This document shows, piece after piece, positions 57,737 through 64,000 of a DNA stretch of 64,000 bases. Numbering within the stretch: position 1 is the stretch's first letter; each line of letters begins with the position of its first letter. A model generated the notes under the pieces. That model did no database searches and was not told the origin of the DNA. It was given only the letters and a program-made list of their open reading frames with translations. Source of the DNA: a virus; IMG/VR virus record IMGVR_UViG_3300014050_000006, positions 1 through 64,000 of that record; one strand, given 5' to 3'. Position numbers and translations under genes: made by a program.

Positions 57737-59274
57737 GTCAAATCCTTAAATGTAGAATCATTTCCAACTTTTTGTATTACATAAGAAAATGATTTATTTT
57801 GAGCATCGATTCCATATTCATCTTTTAATAATAAAGTTTTACTTAAATTTGCTAAATCTCCACTTTTTTCTACATTTTGAACAAATGCTATTTGAGGAGC
57901 CGAATTAGTATATTTACCTTGAATAGAAATATTTATAATTGAATTATTTGCATAATCTAAATTTTCTAAATAATATACTCCTTTTCCACTTAAAATTGGC
58001 GCAAAACTATTTTGTGGGAATCCAGCTTGATAATCAACATTTAAGCTTAAATCATAAAGCTGAACTCCTTGAGTTCCACCAATAACAGAAGGAGACTGTA
58101 TATAACTTTCAGAATAAGTAGAAACTTGAGTAGCGATTCCGTTGCCTTCACTACTTGATTCTAGAAAAAGTTCTTCTGAGAGAGGATTATAATCTTTTAT
58201 TATTTTAGAAATATTTTTAGATAAATCAGTCGCTGTTCCATCGGCAGATCTTATAATTGTTGATGGTCTTGATTCAGAATTAAAAACAGCATTTGTAGTT
58301 TTATTCAAAAAATCAAAATTAAAACTTAATGTATTATTGACTTTATTTCCATTTTGAGTTATTGTTAAATCGTTTGAATAAGTTGTATTTATTTCCATTA
58401 CTTTTTGTACATTATCATAACTTGCAGTATTTGATATTACTTTAAAATATGAAGGAACTGAAAAAGGATTAGTTTTTATTAAACCTTTTAAATCGTTTTC
58501 TGTTGTATTTATTCCTCCATTGGCTACAGATATTACATTTATTGTTGCTAATCCATCTATTCCAGATTGAATTTGTGCAGAATGTTTTATTATACCTTTT
58601 TTACTCAAATCTTTCTGTAATAAATTTGCTGTAAAATTTTGTTGTATATTATAGCTTCCATTAGTAATATCTGCTGTTTCAGAAGAACTATTAAATACAA
58701 TATTAGAAAAATTTCCATTTTTAGAAATTTTTGAATAATTCAATCTCCAATTTTGTACTTGACCAGTTAATAATTGAGCAAAACTCTTTGCATTATTTAC
58801 AGCGCTAGATCCATCAATACTTACTGCGGTTACATTTATGTTTCTATTTATACTTATTGTTCCATCAAGATTTTCAGTAACACTTATTTCATTTTTTACA
58901 TCAGTAAGATTATTTTGATTATCATCCATAAAACTATAGCATTCACATTCTACAGTATATGGAACATGACCAATCCAATTAGATTCATTTAAAGTAATAT
59001 TTGAAAGTGTGCAAGGTCCATTATTCAATTGAGAAAAACTATTTAAAAATGAATTGATTCCAATTACTGCTTGATTAGGAATATCTTGTTCAACTCCTTG
59101 AGGAAGATATTCGCCTTCTATTGTAAAAATCACTTTATTTGCGTACTGAGTTGGTCCATTAAATATAGGTTCTATCCTTTTTGTAGCAAAAGTTGTTATT
59201 TTCTTATTATTTAAAGATGACCCCTCTAATAATGATGAGCTTAAAGCAGAATAAGGTAAAGATAGATTGCTCAT
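57733..59274 (-). CDS. putative tail protein (paralog of 59274..60959)
   Basis: ATKRIE...FTIEG.Y N-terminus; position after the tape measure. Confidence 0.55.
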   Translation of the reverse strand: MSNLSLPYSALSSSLLEGSSLNNKKITTFATKRIEPIFNGPTQYANKVIFTIEGEYLPQGVEQDIPNQAVIGINSFLNSFSQLNNGPCTLSNITLNESNWIGHVPYTVECECYSFMDDNQNNLTDVKNEISVTENLDGTISINRNINVTAVSIDGSSAVNNAKSFAQLLTGQVQNWRLNYSKISKNGNFSNIVFNSSSETADITNGSYNIQQNFTANLLQKDLSKKGIIKHSAQIQSGIDGLATINVISVANGGINTTENDLKGLIKTNPFSVPSYFKVISNTASYDNVQKVMEINTTYSNDLTITQNGNKVNNTLSFNFDFLNKTTNAVFNSESRPSTIIRSADGTATDLSKNISKIIKDYNPLSEELFLESSSEGNGIATQVSTYSESYIQSPSVIGGTQGVQLYDLSLNVDYQAGFPQNSFAPILSGKGVYYLENLDYANNSIINISIQGKYTNSAPQIAFVQNVEKSGDLANLSKTLLLKDEYGIDAQNKSFSYVIQKVGNDSTFKDLT

Positions 59275-60959
59275 TATATTTTTACCTCTGATGGTTGTTG
59301 GGCTTGTAAAGCTATGTTATTTCTTTCTCTATATCCACCAAAATTTAACCAAGTTGCACTACCTTGAAAAGTTCTACCTATCAAATCTGATGAAATATTT
59401 ATTGATTTAATAATCCCATCTTTATAATTATCTTTAATTAATCCTATGAATGTTTTAATGTAAGCTTTAATATCAGAACTATTTTTAAATAAAGCTTGGA
59501 CCTTTAAATTCGATTCTGTTGGTCTTGATTGACTACTTTCTTGAATTAATTCTTCTCCTGGAGTAAGACCACCAATAACAATAAATTGATTTGCTAAATG
59601 AACTGGTGATTGATTTGTCAATTCTGCAGAACCATAAATCATAGTTTGATTAGAAGTATTAAAATTTGGCCTGCTTTCATAAGTTAAACTAAAATTAACT
59701 GATCCTTCACTAATATTATATGAAACATCGCCATTTGTAATATAAGTTTTATATTTTGCTTGTGTTATATCGTTTTTCATATCAGTAAAATTTTTTGCAC
59801 TTGAAAATTTATTTTTATAATTGCTATCAAAATATTTTTTTGCATTATTTAATTTATTATTTTTATTAAAATCTATTTCTTTATCTGTAGGACTTCCTAT
59901 ACCAGTTATAGTGCCTCTAATAATTTTTCTTTTTGAATTTTCTTTTTTAAGATCTTCTATTGTAGTTATAATTTCAACCCGAACTTGATTAACATATTCT
60001 GGTTCATTAGTGATAGAAACGCTAGATTGAGCTGTACCAGATGCTTCATCTACGGTTATTTGACTATTAGAAACTAAAAATATATTTCTATATCCAATTG
60101 GTAAATTTCCATAACTTAATATATAATAATTAGTAACAAATTGTGTGCATCTTCCTAATGCTCCACTAGCTTCAGACAAAGCTTTAGGAATTAAATCTTG
60201 TATTGTATATGTATCTTTTTCTATTTTAATTTGAGTATTTTCACTTGCGATAATTGCTCCGTTATTTTGTATATTGTAATTATTAGATCTTAAAATTGCA
60301 AATCCACCACTGCTTTCTCTGAATTTATTTTTTACTTCTATATATGTATAGGTTGCAGTTTTTTCATCATAAACATTTGAAGCTGTTGTCCTTGATGCAG
60401 TTAATGAAAATATATTGATTTGACCTAATATAGCACGAGCAATATTATTTGCTGCTCCTTCAGTAAAACTATTAGCATTAGGAGCAAAAGTTAATCCAAC
60501 TGAAGTAGTTAGAGTTTCACCTTCTAAATCTTGTTCTTTAATTTGAGTTATTTTAATATCTTCTAAATCTCTTAGTTGTGATGTAGTAATTCCATATTGA
60601 GTTAGACCAGATGAACTTACTGTTTCGTATATTTCAAATGTGATTGAAAAATCTTTGCTTTGTACATCTTGATTATTTGTTTGATCAAAATCAATACTAG
60701 TTATTTTTACTCCAGTATAAGATACTAGATTTGCAAAATTAAGAGTACAGTTTTTTGCTGATTTATTATCTTCAATCGCATTAATTTGATTCCAAATTTG
60801 TGAATATCCATTTTGGTTATTTAATGACAAAAGTTTTCCTTTTACAGTAATCTCTTGTACCATTTTTAATAAAAAATTAGCTTGGTTTTTTTCTATCTTT
60901 TTAGTAGCACTAGTTATTTGTGGGTAATCTAAAGATATATTAAATACTGGATTTGCCAT
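59274..60959 (-). CDS. putative tail protein (distal-tail position)
   Basis: ATKKIE...ITVKG.L N-terminus; immediately after the tape measure. Confidence 0.55.
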   Translation of the reverse strand: MANPVFNISLDYPQITSATKKIEKNQANFLLKMVQEITVKGKLLSLNNQNGYSQIWNQINAIEDNKSAKNCTLNFANLVSYTGVKITSIDFDQTNNQDVQSKDFSITFEIYETVSSSGLTQYGITTSQLRDLEDIKITQIKEQDLEGETLTTSVGLTFAPNANSFTEGAANNIARAILGQINIFSLTASRTTASNVYDEKTATYTYIEVKNKFRESSGGFAILRSNNYNIQNNGAIIASENTQIKIEKDTYTIQDLIPKALSEASGALGRCTQFVTNYYILSYGNLPIGYRNIFLVSNSQITVDEASGTAQSSVSITNEPEYVNQVRVEIITTIEDLKKENSKRKIIRGTITGIGSPTDKEIDFNKNNKLNNAKKYFDSNYKNKFSSAKNFTDMKNDITQAKYKTYITNGDVSYNISEGSVNFSLTYESRPNFNTSNQTMIYGSAELTNQSPVHLANQFIVIGGLTPGEELIQESSQSRPTESNLKVQALFKNSSDIKAYIKTFIGLIKDNYKDGIIKSINISSDLIGRTFQGSATWLNFGGYRERNNIALQAQQPSEVKI

Positions 60960-60962
60960 ATT

Positions 60963-63900
60963 TTATGCTGCCATCTTTGTCCTCATTGATTGAGGGGGAG
61001 TGACAGTTCCTTTTGCCATGTTTCTAGATTTTTCCTCTACAATTTTTAATAACCCTTCTCCAAATTTCTTTACTTCTGCTTCTATCATTTTTTGAAGTTC
61101 TGCTTTATCGTTAGCTGCTGCTTGAGCAATATTAATATTAGGAGCGACTGATATATTATTGGTTGTTTCTGTTGGTTTTTCTTTATTTGCTTGAGTTGTT
61201 GTTTCTTGAGTAGGAGTTTGTTCTTTTTGTTTTTTTCTGTTTTTAATTTCTTCAATTTGTCTTTTAAAATCAGTTTCTTGTTGAGCTTGTTGTTCTTTAC
61301 TTGGACCACCAAATAAAGTTGGAGCCATATTATACATAGCATTTCCCATTGTGCTTGCTACATTTTCCCCATTTCCAACTGGAATTTGACTAATTCCATA
61401 ACCTACAGCTGCTCCGCCAGCTGCTGCAGCAGTATAAGGATTAAATAATGCTCTTCCTATCGCTGGTGCTGCTGTACCGATTCCTCTTCCAGCACCAGCA
61501 ACTACATTTTTCCCTACATTAACTGTCCCTCCAACAACTTTTGTTCCTACATTAGCTGCTCCTGCTCCAAAAGCGCCCCCAATAGCACTACTAATTAATC
61601 CACCACCCACTCCTCCACCAGCTAATAATGTATTTAACCAATCTGGTTGGGTTCCTGGGACTTGAGTTCCAGTTGCTGCTGCAAGTGCTGTATTAAAAGT
61701 TGCAGTTTTTGCATTTTCTGCTCCAGCGCTTGCTTGTCCTAATGCAGTTGTTAAAGTTTTAACTGCTTCTGTATTAGCTTTTTGTGCAGCACTTTGCTCT
61801 TGAACAAACGTTCCCATTTTAGTATAATCTGGTAAATCTTTTCCAGTATAAGCTTTTTCAAATGCAGCATTTCCAAGATCTTCAAAATTTATGTTTTTTG
61901 TAATTTCTTTGAATTTTGCAACATCTCCACCAGCTGCAGATATAGCCTCTATTTGAGCATTGTATTGTTCTTCAGCTTTATTTTGATATGCCTTTTTTCC
62001 TGATTTTATTAATTCTGGATTTGTTTGTTTTAATGTATCAAGAGATACCCCACTTTGAGTCAACATATCTATCATATTAGCCGAAGCCATATCTTGAAAA
62101 ACTTGTGCTCCTGGACCAATTTGTTTCGCACGACTATATATAGCTGTTTGTTCTGCTAATACAGCTTTTAAGCTTTTTTCATTTCTATCTTGAACACTTG
62201 ATTTTGTTACAATATTTTCTGCTCCTGCATAATTTTTTACAATTCCTCCTCCAGTTCCTGCTCCTTGTCCTGCTATAGCTTTTGCTCTTTTTACTTCTAC
62301 TTCTAATGATTTAAATAAAGCTTGAGTAAGTTCATTTGCTGCTTTTGGACTTTGCGAAATTGCACCATTTAATGCATTTATAGCGTCTGTACTTATTCCA
62401 GCACTTTCATACATCATTTTTAATACAGAAATAACATCATTTGTACTACCAGAAACATTTGATAAGTTTTCAGCAAGAGCAGCTAAATCTTGTGGAGTTT
62501 CAGATAACGGGGCTAATAGATTTCCAGCAATTCCTTCAATATCTTGTTTAGTACCTAACACATCTTGAGTTCCTTGTCCTTGCATCATGCTTTTTCCAAT
62601 TCCACCTAAACCTGGGACAGCAGATAATATTTGCCCAACTTGACCTTTAAAACCCATTTGTTTTCTTGCATCTAATTGTTTTTGATAAATATCTCTTGTT
62701 AATTCTTTTTGTGCTTGTTGTACTGCTCCTCCTCTTTGCTCTTTACTTAGTGTTGCTTGAATTTCTTTTGGTGAAGATAAATTTTTCATGATTGCATCTT
62801 GTATTTCTTTTCCAAGTGGAGTCATGCCTTCTAATATTGCTTTTTTCAAATCTTTAATTTTAGTTGGATCTGGTTCACTTTTTTCTAATTCTGCTACATA
62901 ATCATTAATTGCTGGAGTTAAAGAACTAATTACTCCTTCTAATTTACTTGATTTATCTCTCATTTGATCTAAACTTTTATCTAATTTATCTATTTCTGTT
63001 GTATATGGTTTATTTGCTGATGCAGATAATCCAGCAATACCTTGTACTGCTAACATACTTCCTGCAATAGCTCCACCATATTTTTTACCACCTACACCAT
63101 ATCCAGAAGCTACGGTACTCATTATACCTAAAGTTTGAGATAATCCTTTTGTTACTTTATTTGTTTCTGTACCAAATTGATTTACTAGTCCTTCGGCTAC
63201 AGAAAGACCAATAGACAAAGCTATCATTTTGTCTGTTAAACTTTTAGTAGCTTGTTCAAGATTTTGCGTTTCTAAAACTGGTTGTTTTCCTGCATTCTCA
63301 ACTTTTTTTCTATATGCTGGATCTTGCCAATTTGGTGCAAAATTTGGTATATGTCCTCTTGATCTATTAATTCCTTGTTTTAATCCTGCGGGTTCATCTT
63401 TTGTATTATAGACTCCAAGACCAAAAGGATTATTTCTATTAATTAAAGATGAATCAGATCCAACTCTAATTTGACTTGGATCTACTCCAGCAGCTTGTTC
63501 TCTTTGCATGGCTTCTTGCAGAGCTGAAAAATTAGGTATATAACCCAAAGATTTATTTTTTCCTTTTCTAATTAAAAATTGAAATCTTTTCTTTTCTTCA
63601 TTAGTTAATTTATCTTTTCTTCTTAAAGCATTTAATTCTGTTTCTTCATTATATGCTTTTGATTCTTTAATATATTCTGATCCTAAGACTTGCTTAACTT
63701 TATTGTTTACATATCCTAAATCTAATATTTTTTGTGCAGTACTATCTCTTTGATCTTGTTTTGCATTAACTTTTGCTTCGTATGTAGCAGCTGGCATATT
63801 ATTAAACAATTTTCTAAGTTCTGTATTTGGATTTTCAAAGTCTATTGGTGCATTTTGCGCTCTTCCTTCTGACATACTGGACGTAGCAAGATTTACAGCG

Positions 63901-63998
63901 GATTCAAATACTGCTCCAGCAATACTACCAAATGATCCTGCATTTGATAATTGTTTAATATCTGTAATAGGTTTTGGAATTGGTCCACCTTGAAATAA
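60963..63998 (-). CDS. tail tape measure protein, C-terminal part (5'-truncated)
   Basis: Frame open to the window edge (LFQGGPIPKP...SSM); long A/Q/K helical regions, Gly/Ala hydrophobic stretches, two G(Y/H)IPNF motifs. Confidence 0.75.
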   Translation of the reverse strand, partial: LFQGGPIPKPITDIKQLSNAGSFGSIAGAVFESAVNLATSSMSEGRAQNAPIDFENPNTELRKLFNNMPAATYEAKVNAKQDQRDSTAQKILDLGYVNNKVKQVLGSEYIKESKAYNEETELNALRRKDKLTNEEKKRFQFLIRKGKNKSLGYIPNFSALQEAMQREQAAGVDPSQIRVGSDSSLINRNNPFGLGVYNTKDEPAGLKQGINRSRGHIPNFAPNWQDPAYRKKVENAGKQPVLETQNLEQATKSLTDKMIALSIGLSVAEGLVNQFGTETNKVTKGLSQTLGIMSTVASGYGVGGKKYGGAIAGSMLAVQGIAGLSASANKPYTTEIDKLDKSLDQMRDKSSKLEGVISSLTPAINDYVAELEKSEPDPTKIKDLKKAILEGMTPLGKEIQDAIMKNLSSPKEIQATLSKEQRGGAVQQAQKELTRDIYQKQLDARKQMGFKGQVGQILSAVPGLGGIGKSMMQGQGTQDVLGTKQDIEGIAGNLLAPLSETPQDLAALAENLSNVSGSTNDVISVLKMMYESAGISTDAINALNGAISQSPKAANELTQALFKSLEVEVKRAKAIAGQGAGTGGGIVKNYAGAENIVTKSSVQDRNEKSLKAVLAEQTAIYSRAKQIGPGAQVFQDMASANMIDMLTQSGVSLDTLKQTNPELIKSGKKAYQNKAEEQYNAQIEAISAAGGDVAKFKEITKNINFEDLGNAAFEKAYTGKDLPDYTKMGTFVQEQSAAQKANTEAVKTLTTALGQASAGAENAKTATFNTALAAATGTQVPGTQPDWLNTLLAGGGVGGGLISSAIGGAFGAGAANVGTKVVGGTVNVGKNVVAGAGRGIGTAAPAIGRALFNPYTAAAAGGAAVGYGISQIPVGNGENVASTMGNAMYNMAPTLFGGPSKEQQAQQETDFKRQIEEIKNRKKQKEQTPTQETTTQANKEKPTETTNNISVAPNINIAQAAANDKAELQKMIEAEVKKFGEGLLKIVEEKSRNMAKGTVTPPQSMRTKMAA

Positions 63999-64000
63999 TT

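Noticed and set aside
1-64000. Stop-codon recoding, introns or inteins
   Set aside because: Code 11 gives near-complete coding density, with TAA, TAG and TGA all used as stops; DnaB, RecA and DnaE have no extra insertions of intein size
1-64000. Eukaryotic giant virus or bacterial chromosome origin
   Set aside because: DnaE/DnaB/RecA, sigma70 promoters, overlapping operons and a tape-measure/tail module indicate a tailed phage; no housekeeping or NCLDV core genes seen

Overview
This is a very AT-rich, gene-dense 64 kb segment of a large tailed dsDNA bacteriophage using the standard genetic code. Both ends fall inside open genes. No rRNA, tRNA, CRISPR array, integrase or transposase was seen. 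There are two convergent arms meeting at 29025/29031. The + arm (1-29025) holds a 5'-truncated PEP-CTERM surface protein of the Verrucomicrobia/PVC style, which suggests the host. It then carries a glycan-modification cluster: two 2OG-Fe(II) oxygenases, GT9/GT34/GT4-like transferases, methyltransferases, a split and truncated transketolase pair, epimerases and gmd. A replication block follows: RecA, DnaB, ThyX, an atypical primase, a PD-(D/E)XK nuclease, DnaE split into stand-alone PHP and catalytic genes around a DnaQ-like exonuclease, a putative SSB and a Rad52-like annealase. The - arm (29031-64000) holds tail/virion genes: tape measure, two paralogous tail proteins, a hub-like protein and large LamG/RCC1/FG-GAP/vWA/Ig mosaic adhesins. 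Main leads: (1) two virion proteins end in the same cassette of poly-Ser, extensin-like Ser-Pro/poly-Pro hinge, variable Cys-rich domain, poly-Ser and a conserved ~55-aa tail. One is translationally coupled to a glycosyltransferase, which suggests a phage protein hydroxylation/O-glycosylation system. (2) A two-tier expression code: sigma70 promoters placed for leaderless mRNAs, and a GTGTAA motif followed either directly by a start codon or by an AGG-N4-AGG leader. (3) A restriction-endonuclease-like motif set and G(Y/H)IPNF modules inside the tape measure protein. (4) A phage-borne PEP-CTERM protein. All functional calls come from motif recognition by eye; no searches were run.
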